From contig URLM01000007.1 of assembly GCA_900548775.1 (NCBI GenBank), positions 1,798 through 65,797 of the forward strand: a stretch of 64,000 nt of DNA, written 5' to 3'. The stretch is from an uncultured Olsenella sp. (lineage in GTDB: Bacteria; Actinomycetota; Coriobacteriia; Coriobacteriales; Atopobiaceae). Numbering within the stretch: the first letter of the stretch is position 1; each line of letters starts with the position of its first letter. The notes under the pieces were generated by a model that was given only the letters and a program-made list of their open reading frames with translations, did not search any database and was not told the origin of the DNA. Of the stretch, positions 49,447 to 58,004 are shown piece by piece. A program made the position numbers and the translations under genes.

Positions 49447-49553
49447 GGTTTCTCCTCCTGTTTGACGTGGCTTGCGCCGGAATGACCGGCGCGCGGCAGG
49501 CCACCGCGATGTCTGGGCGGGCGTCGGCTTTACCCCCCCCGCAGGTCGACATC

Positions 49554-50666
49554 CTACCCCTCGCGCATGGCGACAAGGACGCGAGGACGGTGCGTGAGGT
49601 CTTCTCGCACCTCGGCGCTAGCCCAGCCGCCCTGGGCGCGCACAAGCTCGGCAGCGGTTCCCACGTTGTCCTCGAAGAGCTCACAGCAGAGCATGCCGCC
49701 TGGCGCCAGCGCCTGCGGCGCCAGCTCGAGGATGCGCCGGAAGACGTCCAGGCCGTCCTCGCCACCGTCGAGCGCAAGACCCGGCTCGTAGCCGATGACC
49801 TCCTGCGGAAGCGTGGGCACCACGGCAGAGGGGATGTACGGCGGGTTCGAGACCAGCACCGAGAAGGTGCCCATGAGGTCCGGGTCCACAGCGGAGGCCA
49901 GATCGCTCTCGACCACGGTGACCGCATTCTCGAGACCCAGGGCATCGCGGTTGCGCGTTGCAAGCGCCACGGCCTGGGACGAGAGGTCCGTTGCCACCAC
50001 GCGGGTACCGGGGCGCTCGCTCGCGATGGAGAGCGCGATGCAGCCGGTACCGGTGCCAATCTCCAGCACGCGGCAACCGGGTTCCACCAGCACTGGGGGT
50101 TCTGCGGGTTCTGCCGGCTCGGCGGATTCTGCCGGGTCGGCGGGTTCGGCCGGGTCGGTGGGTTCTGCCGGCTCGGCGTCCGACTCGGCGGAGGCACCTT
50201 TCTCGAAAGATGCGCCGCCCGAAGGCGAGGCGCCCTTGACATCCTCGCCCACGGCCTTGTTCTTGGTCGACTCGGGGACCTCCCCAAGAATTGCCGGGAA
50301 GGTTACCGGGGCAGCATCCACCCCCTCGAGAGCGGCATCGACGAGGACCTCAGTCTCGGGACGCGGGATAAGCACACCGCGCTCGCAGTGCAGCACGATG
50401 TGGCGGAAGGGCATCTCGCCGGTCACGTACTGCAGGGGCTCTCCGCGGCCCCGTCGAATCACGGCATCGTGCATGGCATCGAGCTCGGCCGGGGTGAGCG
50501 GCTTGTCGAAGTTCATGTAGATCTGAACGCGAGAGAGCCCTGTGACGTCGCTTATCAGCCACTCCGCAGAGAGACGCGGGTGCTCGTCGCCCTTGCGCTC
50601 GAGGTACCCGCGCGTCCACTCAAGCATGCGCTTGACGGTCCAGGTCTCCTGTCCAGTTTGGGACAC
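49554..50666 (-). CDS. prmC: Release factor glutamine methyltransferase with Pro/Glu/Ala-rich insertion
   Basis: EPLQYVTG, LIPRPETE, EIGTGTGCIA, SNPPY, ALDGGEDGL; downstream of prfA. Confidence 0.93.
   Translation of the reverse strand: MSQTGQETWTVKRMLEWTRGYLERKGDEHPRLSAEWLISDVTGLSRVQIYMNFDKPLTPAELDAMHDAVIRRGRGEPLQYVTGEMPFRHIVLHCERGVLIPRPETEVLVDAALEGVDAAPVTFPAILGEVPESTKNKAVGEDVKGASPSGGASFEKGASAESDAEPAEPTDPAEPADPAESAEPAEPAEPPVLVEPGCRVLEIGTGTGCIALSIASERPGTRVVATDLSSQAVALATRNRDALGLENAVTVVESDLASAVDPDLMGTFSVLVSNPPYIPSAVVPTLPQEVIGYEPGLALDGGEDGLDVFRRILELAPQALAPGGMLCCELFEDNVGTAAELVRAQGGWASAEVREDLTHRPRVLVAMREG
50094..50177 (-). repeat. Degenerate 9-bp coding tandem repeat (EPA/DPA) inside prmC
   Basis: Encodes EPAEPTDPAEPADPAESAEPAEPAEPP. 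Confidence 0.85.
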
Positions 50667-50770
50667 TCTTCCTCCCTGATCGCGTGTTAAGTCCCCGAAT
50701 CATAGCGCAACGAAGGAAAAGGGCCAGACGGGGACCCCTCTTGCCGCCTACGGAGGATGCGCGTGCACAG

Positions 50771-50908
50771 AATTTGCGGTTGCCGGTCCATTTTTGGCGA
50801 ATCGCCGAGTACGATAGCTCTAACTTTTTGCGGAACCGCAGGTAGGGAAATGGCACTAGCGGGGTGATACTAGGCGAAACCCTGAAAAACGACCGGCAAC
50901 CGCAAATT
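50771..50908. repeat. MITE/REPIN-like element with perfect 18-bp terminal inverted repeats
   Basis: AATTTGCGGTTGCCGGTC (50771-50788) and GACCGGCAACCGCAAATT (50891-50908); CGCAGGT at the centre. Confidence 0.7.
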
Positions 50909-51114
50909 TTGGGCAGAGCAGCAGGACGCAACAATGTTATCCGCTCAGGTTCCCACCGGCTGCTGTCCACGAAGGCACACGACCAAAGACAGGGTCTTGC
51001 TGGCCGTGCTGGGCATGCGCCCCACACACAAAGCGCGCCAGCAGACTCGGTCCAGCTGGCACGCAAGTTGATGCTCTTTGATACGAAACTTCAGAGGGAG
51101 TGGGAGCCTCCGCC

Positions 51115-52182
51115 TTACACCGCCTGCGCGAGCTTCTCGGCGCGGTCAGCCGCAGCAAGGGCATCAATCACGGTGCCTAGCTGGTCACCGAGAAGCACGC
51201 CGTTGTACGTGGAGTTGAAGCCAATGCGGTGGTCCGTGACGCGGTCCTGCGGCTGGTTGTACGTGCGGATCTTCTCGGAGCGGTTGCCGTGGCCGATCTG
51301 CGAGAGGCGCTCGGCACCCTGCTCTGCCTGCTGCTTCTCGAGCTCGGCCTCGTAGAGGCGGGCGCGCAGCATCTGCATGCAGACCTCGCGGTTCTGGATC
51401 TGGGAGCGCTGCTCCTGCGACTGCACCACCGTGTTGGTGGGGATGTGCGTGATGCGCACGGCCGAGTACGTCGTGTTGACGCCCTGACCGCCGGGGCCGG
51501 AGGAGCAGTACGTGTCGATGCGCAGGTCCTCGGGCTTAATCTCGATGTCGATCTCGTCGGCCTCGGGCAGCACCGCGACGGTGGCCGTGGAGGTCTGGAT
51601 GCGGCCCTGGCTCTCGGTCTTGGGGACGCGCTGGACACGGTGGACGCCACTCTCGTACTTCATGACGGAGTAGACCTTCTCGCCAGCTACCTTGAACTCG
51701 ATGGTCTTGAAGCCACCGGCCTCGCCGGGACTCGCGTCGAGGACCTCGGTCTTCCAGCCGCGCGACTGCGCGAAGCGCTGGTACATGTTGAAGAGGTCGC
51801 CGGCAAAGATGGCCGCCTCGTCACCGCCCACGCCCGCGCGAATCTCGACGATGGTGTCCTTCTCGTCATTGGGGTCACCGGGGATGAGCATGTACTTGAC
51901 GTCTTCCTCGAGGGCGGGAAGCTTGGACTCGTTCTCGGAGATGTCCGCCTGGAGCATCTCCTTCTCCTCGGCGTCGGACGCCTCGTGGAGCATCTCCTTT
52001 GCGGCCTCGATGTCATCGAGGGCCTGGAGGTACTCGCGGGCCTTGGCCACGAGGGCAGCCTGGTCGGCGTGTTCCTTTGCGATGCGCGCGTACTCCTTGG
52101 GGTCGGAGACGACGGCCGGGTCGACCATCTTCTGCTCCAGCTCCTCGTACGCGGCAATGATCTTCTCGAGCTTGTCGCGCAT
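51115..52182 (-). CDS. prfA: Peptide chain release factor 1
   Basis: GGDEAAIF, ESGVHRVQRVPKTESQGR, GPGGQGVN, SEKIRTYN. Confidence 0.97.
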   Translation of the reverse strand: MRDKLEKIIAAYEELEQKMVDPAVVSDPKEYARIAKEHADQAALVAKAREYLQALDDIEAAKEMLHEASDAEEKEMLQADISENESKLPALEEDVKYMLIPGDPNDEKDTIVEIRAGVGGDEAAIFAGDLFNMYQRFAQSRGWKTEVLDASPGEAGGFKTIEFKVAGEKVYSVMKYESGVHRVQRVPKTESQGRIQTSTATVAVLPEADEIDIEIKPEDLRIDTYCSSGPGGQGVNTTYSAVRITHIPTNTVVQSQEQRSQIQNREVCMQMLRARLYEAELEKQQAEQGAERLSQIGHGNRSEKIRTYNQPQDRVTDHRIGFNSTYNGVLLGDQLGTVIDALAAADRAEKLAQAV

Positions 52183-52316
52183 GGCAGTTCTCCTTGCAGG
52201 TGGGCCGCGGCGCACGGCGGACGTGCGGTGACGCGGCATGATTAGTCAGCATTGCAAAGTCTACCACCGCAGGGGTGTTTCGATTCAGGCGGGCTCTCCC
52301 CACACGCGCGGCGCAC

Positions 52317-52347
52317 ATGAGACAAAGGGGCAGTCCCTTTGTCTCAT
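52317..52347. repeat. REP-like palindrome (same family as 46740-46833, opposite orientation)
   Basis: ATGAGACAAAGGG-GCAGT-CCCTTTGTCTCAT; contains the permease TGA stop. Confidence 0.85.
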
Positions 52348-54236
52348 CGCTCGACGAACTCGTAGCCGTAGCGGGAGCGCAGCCAGGCAACGGTATGGGG
52401 CGTAGCGCCCTCGCTGAGGTAGATGGTCGTATCCGCAGAGTCCTCGTCGGGCGTTGTTGAGGAGAGGCTCACACTCGCAAGGTACGGGGTATCCACCGTT
52501 GCCCCCAAAGAGTTGCTCGTGGTTGTCGAATACTGATACGTGCCGGCGGAGTCATACAAGCTGGTCGTCAGCTGATACAACGGCATCGCGCATGCCGCAC
52601 CATGCTCGTCAATGTCCTGGTTGAGCGCATTGCGGAGGGCAGCGTAGTCCGCAGGCAAGATCTCCTCGCTGCGCCAGGGAGCGTCCTCCTGGGAATCTGG
52701 CGCGTATTCCTCATAGGCAATCGTCACAGACGACAGGCCTGCGTCGAGAAGGACCGCGTCAACCTGGGAGCGGAGAGCCTCCTCGGTTGCAGGGTCGCGG
52801 GCGAAATCCATGAGTGCCTGAGCAGCCTTACTGCCAGCGCTTGGCTCGCCGTCACTGTTGAGGGGAATGGCGTACTGGCGAGAAATACTGGTACCGTCCT
52901 TCATCTGGTACGAAATCGTCTCCGTGTAGACGCTTGTTGGTGCTGACTCGTCCCCGGCGCAGGAAGCCCCTGCTAGCACACTGTGCAGCTGGGTCACGCG
53001 GTCAACGCCTTCCTCGCCCTCGAATGGCATCGAAACCGACGAGACGGTTGCGCTCTGGACGTCTGTGGGGTTGGGCACGTAGGCCGCAGCATCCGCAGCG
53101 AGGCCCACACAGGCAATGCTCGCCACAAGGGCGACGCCTGTTGTTGCCACAAGCGCCGGGACGCGTTTGCGCAGGGCCTTGACGCCGTGGCCCATGATGG
53201 CCTCGACAATCGCAAAGGTCAGCGCCGAAAAGACCACCGGCAAGACGCATGCCAGCTGGGGAGAGACGCCATAGAGCATCGCGGCCATCTGTGCAGGGAT
53301 TTCATGGCGGTTCGAGAGCAACGTCGCCAGCACAAGGTCCGTGGCAGCAAACCCAACAAGGGCGCTGACAAACGCGTTCACCACGGTTCGCACGGCGGGG
53401 CTCACGTATGCGTCGCCCGCTCGCTCAAGGTTGCGACGCGAGAAGGCCAATCCCGCCAGCACCGCGCAAGCAAGGCCTACGATTGCATAGATGACAAGGG
53501 CTTGCGTCAGGGCGGCTTCAAGATTGGAAACGGGGAAGGGGAACGTGGTCGCCCAGGAGGAGACGAGCTGCATAAGGCGCACGAGCGGGCTTGCCCAAAG
53601 TTCTGCGACGGACGCCAACGACACCGATGGTGCAACGAGACTGTAGAGGGCCTCCGCAAACTGTCGCGCAGCAAACGCGTAGAAGTTGACGAGCAGATAG
53701 CACAGCAGGGCAAAGACGGTCCTCCCGACCAGCTGCACGCACAGGGCAGAGATGCCGCCGAAGGCCACAACGAGCAGGGCGTGTCCTGCCATCCAGGGAA
53801 GAATCGCTGCCGCGTCCTGTCCAAACCCGAGAACCGCGGCAAAGACAAAGCCGGAGATGCCAACGGCAATCAGAAGCGGAACCACGCCCGCCAGGATAAG
53901 CGCCAGGAAGATGGCCCCTCTCCGAAGCGGGAGCAGGCCGTAGAGCTGTATTGCCTTGCGATCGTAGATCCACGAGAATGCGCCGCTGACCGCAACAAAT
54001 GAGACGGCCGCAGAAAGCACCACGACAGCCATGCCAGACTGTGCAAGCTCATGCGCGGGGTCTGCGGGCGGGGTTGGCCCGGCAATCCTCAGCGCCAGCG
54101 GGACAAGCCAGAAGAGCCAGACGATAAGGTAGCCCACCCCCAGGTACGCGTACCGCTGGCAGGTGTCGAGAAAGAGCCCGAACGCCGGCGAGGGAGCGCG
54201 GCGCCCCTCCTGCATCTCACATGATGCCATCGTCAT
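52344..54236 (-). CDS. ABC transporter permease (YtrC/YtrD-like multi-TM protein with C-terminal extracellular domain)
   Basis: FSWIYDRKAIQLYGLLPLRRGAIF motif; many TM helices; coupled to an ABC ATPase. Confidence 0.75.
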   Translation of the reverse strand: MTMASCEMQEGRRAPSPAFGLFLDTCQRYAYLGVGYLIVWLFWLVPLALRIAGPTPPADPAHELAQSGMAVVVLSAAVSFVAVSGAFSWIYDRKAIQLYGLLPLRRGAIFLALILAGVVPLLIAVGISGFVFAAVLGFGQDAAAILPWMAGHALLVVAFGGISALCVQLVGRTVFALLCYLLVNFYAFAARQFAEALYSLVAPSVSLASVAELWASPLVRLMQLVSSWATTFPFPVSNLEAALTQALVIYAIVGLACAVLAGLAFSRRNLERAGDAYVSPAVRTVVNAFVSALVGFAATDLVLATLLSNRHEIPAQMAAMLYGVSPQLACVLPVVFSALTFAIVEAIMGHGVKALRKRVPALVATTGVALVASIACVGLAADAAAYVPNPTDVQSATVSSVSMPFEGEEGVDRVTQLHSVLAGASCAGDESAPTSVYTETISYQMKDGTSISRQYAIPLNSDGEPSAGSKAAQALMDFARDPATEEALRSQVDAVLLDAGLSSVTIAYEEYAPDSQEDAPWRSEEILPADYAALRNALNQDIDEHGAACAMPLYQLTTSLYDSAGTYQYSTTTSNSLGATVDTPYLASVSLSSTTPDEDSADTTIYLSEGATPHTVAWLRSRYGYEFVER

Positions 54237-55110
54237 CGCCTCCAAGCTCGCAGATGAACCTCTCCTCAAGCGAGAGCGGCAGGACCTCGAGGTAGGACGG
54301 ATGCAGGGCGGCAAGCGCCTCTCGCACCTCGTCCGCACTCCCGCGCACGAGCAGCGTGAGCACGCGGCCCTCGTTGGATTGCCGGATAACGTTGAGACCA
54401 GCGGGCAGGACCACGCCCTCGGGCAGGACCACCTGCACCTTTGCGACGCCCTCCGAGGGCTGGGAGAGGTCGACCTCCTCGCGCATTGCACCCTTGGCCA
54501 TGATGCCCAGGTGGTCGCAGACGCCCTCGAACTCGCGCAGGTTGTGGCTGGTCACGAGCACCGTGAGGCCGCGCTCGGCTACCTCTTCGAGCACCAGGCG
54601 CCACATGCGCCTTCTGGCAAGAGGGTCGATGCCGTCCATGGGCTCGTCGAGCAACAGGACGTCCGCGCGAATGGAGAGCGCAAGCCAGATGGCCGCCTGC
54701 GCCCGCATGCCGCGGCTGAGCTTGCGGAGCGGCTTTGTGTGGTCAACCTCGAAGTGCTTCTCCAGCCCTAAGTAGCGCGAAAGGTCAAAGGTGGGAAACA
54801 TCACGCGGTAGAAGCCCGCCATGCCATCAGCGCTCTCAGAACCAATGAAGTAGGGCTCGCTGGGGACGCAGGCAACGCGCGCCTTGACACCGGGATTCTC
54901 GAAGACCTTCTCGCCCAAGACAAGAACGTCGCCCGAGGTAGGACGCATGACGCCGCTCAGGTGCGAGACGAGCGTTGACTTGCCGCAGCCGTTGGGCCCC
55001 ACGAGCCCGTAGACCGCACCCGTAGGAACGGTGAGGCTCACCCCGTCGAGCGCAGGCGTGCCGTCGAAGACCTTCCTCAGGTTTCTGACCTCAATGGCCG
55101 ATGCCATCAC
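54217..55110 (-). CDS. ABC transporter ATP-binding protein (YtrB-like)
   Basis: GPNGCGKS, LSRGM, LLLDEPMDGID, TSHNLRE. Confidence 0.92.
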   Translation of the reverse strand: MMASAIEVRNLRKVFDGTPALDGVSLTVPTGAVYGLVGPNGCGKSTLVSHLSGVMRPTSGDVLVLGEKVFENPGVKARVACVPSEPYFIGSESADGMAGFYRVMFPTFDLSRYLGLEKHFEVDHTKPLRKLSRGMRAQAAIWLALSIRADVLLLDEPMDGIDPLARRRMWRLVLEEVAERGLTVLVTSHNLREFEGVCDHLGIMAKGAMREEVDLSQPSEGVAKVQVVLPEGVVLPAGLNVIRQSNEGRVLTLLVRGSADEVREALAALHPSYLEVLPLSLEERFICELGGDDDGIM

Positions 55111-55466
55111 CCCTCGCCTCCCCCAACTCTTCGCCCAAGCTCCTCGGGCGCCACACCCAGGGACTCGAGCTCTATGACAAGCTGATCGAACTGCTCAAGA
55201 AGCTCGCGCCGACGCGCCTCCGCGGCATCCGACACGTCTGCGACGAAACTACCCTTGCCCCGCACCGAGGAGATGCAGCCCTCCTGCTCAAGCTCGCGGT
55301 AGGCGCGCTGGATGGTGTTGGGATTCACGGCAAGGCGAGACGAGAGCTCGCGCACCGAGGGGAGCTGCTCCCCCGGTGCGAGCACGCCCGCGAGAATCTG
55401 CTGGCGGTACGCATCGCGCACCTGCTCGTAGATGGGGCGCGGGTCCTGGTAGCTAATCTGGATCAC
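55107..55466 (-). CDS. GntR family regulator, YtrA subfamily
   Basis: PIYEQV, LPSVRELS, VNPNTIQRAYRELE, GKGSFV; short C-terminus; heads an ABC operon. Confidence 0.92.
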   Translation of the reverse strand: MIQISYQDPRPIYEQVRDAYRQQILAGVLAPGEQLPSVRELSSRLAVNPNTIQRAYRELEQEGCISSVRGKGSFVADVSDAAEARRRELLEQFDQLVIELESLGVAPEELGRRVGGGEG

Positions 55467-55538
55467 GACACCTCCCGTCCCTAGGTGGACAGACGGACGG
55501 CAGCACGGGCGAGGTGCTCGGACGCTTGCATCCGTCCT

Positions 55539-55565
55539 AACTGTACTAGTTAGTTTAATACAGTT
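55539..55565. promoter_or_regulatory. YtrA-type operator AACTGTA-N13-TACAGTT
   Basis: Inverted repeat with the TGTA-N13-TACA geometry typical of YtrA-subfamily operators, about 70 bp upstream of the gene. Confidence 0.75.
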
Positions 55566-55623
55566 TGGGATGAGAAAAACGCCGCCGCGCAGCGCATCGG
55601 CAGGCGGTGGCTACACAGCGGCA

Positions 55624-55654
55624 AACGAGACAAGGGGAGACTCCCTTTATCTCA
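55624..55654. repeat. Degenerate REP-like palindrome of the GAGACAAGGGG family
   Basis: AACGAGACAAGGGGAGACTCCCTTTATCTCA; overlaps the oxidoreductase TAA stop. Confidence 0.6.
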
Positions 55655-57074
55655 CCAACTTGTCCCTCTCGGCGAGGTTCTCGCCCATGAGCAGGCCCAT
55701 CACGGAGGCCATCATGAGGCCGCGGGTCCAACCGGAGGAGTCGCCCAGGCAGTGAAGGTGCTGGACGTTGGTGTCGAAGTTCTCGTCCATCTGGACGCGG
55801 TTGCTGTAGAACTTGACCTCCGGCGCGTAGAGCAGCGTCTCGTACGAGGCAAAGCCCGGCACGACCTTGTCGACGGCCTTGATGAACTCAATGATCTCGA
55901 CCATGGGGCGCATGGGCATGGCTGCGGTGATGTCGCCGGCCTCGGCGTCGGGGAGCGTGGGCACCACGTTGGACTGGGCGAGCTCCTTGGGCCAGGTGCG
56001 CTTGCCGTCGAGAATGTCACCAAAGCGCTGCACCAGGATGTGGCCGGCACCCAACATGTTGATGAGCTCGCTGACGCGCTGCGCGTAAGCAATGGGCTGG
56101 TTGAAGGGGTGCTTGAAGTTAAGCGTGCAGAGCACCGCCACGTTGGTGTTGGGGCTCTTGCGGTCCTTGTACGAGTGGCCGTTCACCACTGCCAGGCCAC
56201 CGTCGTAGTTCTCCTGGCTCACAAAGCCGCCGGGGTTCTGGCAGAAGGTGCGCACCTTGTTCTTATACGGATTGGGATAACCGATGAGCTTTGACTCGTA
56301 GAGCACGTCGTTCACGCGCTCCATGACCTCGTTGCGCACCTCCACGCGCACACCCACGTCAACCGGTCCCGCCACGTGCCCAATGCCATGCTCCTCGCAC
56401 ATGGAGTCGAACCAGCTGGCGCCACGACGGCCGGTGGCGACGATCGTCTCGCCGGCCTCGACGCGCGTCTCGCCGTCACGGTTGCGCACCACAAGGCCAC
56501 GGCACACGCCATCCTCGATCACGACCTCCTCGCACTCGGTCTCGAAGAGGATGTTCACGCCGGCGTCAAGCAAGTGCTTCTCGATGCGCGCGTAGAGCTC
56601 CTGGGCCTTCTCGGTGCCAAGGTGGCGGATGGGGCAGTCCACGAGCTTGAGGCCCGCGCTAATGGCGCGGCGGCGAATCTCCGCAACCTCGTCGGCGTGG
56701 CCGAGGCCCTCGACGTGCGGGTCGGCGCCAAAGTCGAGATACATCTGGTCGACGCGGTCGATGGTGTCCTGCGCAAACTGATGGCCGATGAGCTCGGGCA
56801 GGTCGCCGCCCACCTCGCGCGAGAGCGAGAGCTTGCCGTCCGAGAAGGCGCCGGCGCCCGAGAAGCCCGTGGTGATGCGGCACGGCTGGCAGTGGATGCA
56901 GTGGCCCACCTTGGCCTTGGGGCAACTGCGCTTCTCGACAGGCAGCCCCTTCTCGACGATGGTGATGGAGCGCGTGTCTCCCTTGCCGATAAGGCCCAGC
57001 GCAGTGAAGATGCCGGCCGGACCAGCGCCGATAATCGCGACGTCTGTGTGGATGGTTGTGGTTGTGTCTGCCAT
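55647..57074 (-). CDS. Uncharacterised FAD-dependent oxidoreductase
   Basis: IIGAGPAG, Cys cluster CPK...CIHCQPC, GAGAFSDGKL, RTFCQNPGG, YAPEVKFYS, GDSSGWTRG. Confidence 0.88.
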   Translation of the reverse strand: MADTTTTIHTDVAIIGAGPAGIFTALGLIGKGDTRSITIVEKGLPVEKRSCPKAKVGHCIHCQPCRITTGFSGAGAFSDGKLSLSREVGGDLPELIGHQFAQDTIDRVDQMYLDFGADPHVEGLGHADEVAEIRRRAISAGLKLVDCPIRHLGTEKAQELYARIEKHLLDAGVNILFETECEEVVIEDGVCRGLVVRNRDGETRVEAGETIVATGRRGASWFDSMCEEHGIGHVAGPVDVGVRVEVRNEVMERVNDVLYESKLIGYPNPYKNKVRTFCQNPGGFVSQENYDGGLAVVNGHSYKDRKSPNTNVAVLCTLNFKHPFNQPIAYAQRVSELINMLGAGHILVQRFGDILDGKRTWPKELAQSNVVPTLPDAEAGDITAAMPMRPMVEIIEFIKAVDKVVPGFASYETLLYAPEVKFYSNRVQMDENFDTNVQHLHCLGDSSGWTRGLMMASVMGLLMGENLAERDKLVR

Positions 57075-57283
57075 GTTCCCCTTGTTCCTCTCCGCAAGGG
57101 GCCCGTACCGCGGGCGCATCCCTTGCGTGCTCATTTTGCCCCATTTGGGGGAAGAAGTCTTCGCTGCGGGGCCACCCTGACAAACCTCGGCTTTGTCCGG
57201 CAACTCCGCCCCTATTAAAGTCAAGCTTCGCATCAATCGGCCATCCACCGAGAAGCCCTAGTGCCTAGTAAATGGTTGGCGCG

Positions 57284-57571
57284 CTATAGTTCCTTAGGCA
57301 GGTTCTTGTATACACCCTGCCTGTGCCCCACCCGAACAACCTCAATGAGCAGCTTCCCCTCGTTGATTGTCGCCAGAATCCTGTAGCTACCAACCCTGTA
57401 TCTCCAGCCATTCTTCGTTCCCTGGAGCGCCTTGGATCCAGGAATTGCTTTGGGGTTCTCGCAACCTGCAAGGTTGTCCTCGACCCATTTGAGAATCATT
57501 AACCGCTGTTTTTTCTCGATGGAAAGCAGCTCCTTTGCAGCGGAACGCGACCACTCGACCTCGTAGCTCAT
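57284..57571 (-). CDS. RelE/ParE family toxin
   Basis: YEVEWSRSAAKEL...WRYRVGSYRIL...VGHRQGVY. Confidence 0.9.
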   Translation of the reverse strand: MSYEVEWSRSAAKELLSIEKKQRLMILKWVEDNLAGCENPKAIPGSKALQGTKNGWRYRVGSYRILATINEGKLLIEVVRVGHRQGVYKNLPKEL

Positions 57572-57795
57572 TCGGCTTCCATAGCCATGCGCTTGACTTC
57601 ATCCATCGAGTAGCGCATGCCATCATCTACGGACAGAGCGTCCTCATACGCCTGGCAGTCAGCAGCGTCTTCGACCATTTCAAGAGCAGCCTCGCGCACC
57701 ACATCAGAGAACGTCCTGCCGACAAAGTCGGCATACGCCTGAATCCAGGACTTCTCCTCCGGCTCGAAGCGGATTGTTGTTGCTTCCATTGCCAT
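57568..57795 (-). CDS. RelB-like antitoxin (DUF6290-like RHH)
   Basis: TIRFEPEEKSWIQAYA...SDVVREAALEMVED, acidic C-terminus; ATGA overlap with the toxin. Confidence 0.82.
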   Translation of the reverse strand: MAMEATTIRFEPEEKSWIQAYADFVGRTFSDVVREAALEMVEDAADCQAYEDALSVDDGMRYSMDEVKRMAMEAE

Positions 57796-57809
57796 AGTCG
57801 CTCTCCTCC

Positions 57810-57837
57810 AATCGTATTTCGCTGTAATACGATTATA
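57810..57837 (-). promoter_or_regulatory. TA operon -10 box (TATAAT, 57832-57837) overlapped by a 9-bp inverted-repeat operator
   Basis: AATCGTATT-N7-AATACGATT at 57810-57834. Confidence 0.7.
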
Positions 57838-58004
57838 CCCAGCCGTACTCCGCTAAACGTAAGCTTTAGCTGAGGCGAATGAGCCAATCGTATCAACTAG
57901 GGAATTGGTACCGAGGGACGTCCTCTTGTAGAGACGTTAGAAAGATGGGCATACTGGCCAGAAGTCAGCCGCGCGCATAAGCAGTCGCGCAGTCAGGAGG
58001 ATTC

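Noticed and set aside
57075..57283. Possible riboswitch upstream of the FAD oxidoreductase
   Set aside because: A hairpin is present, but it shows no recognisable conserved riboswitch motif.
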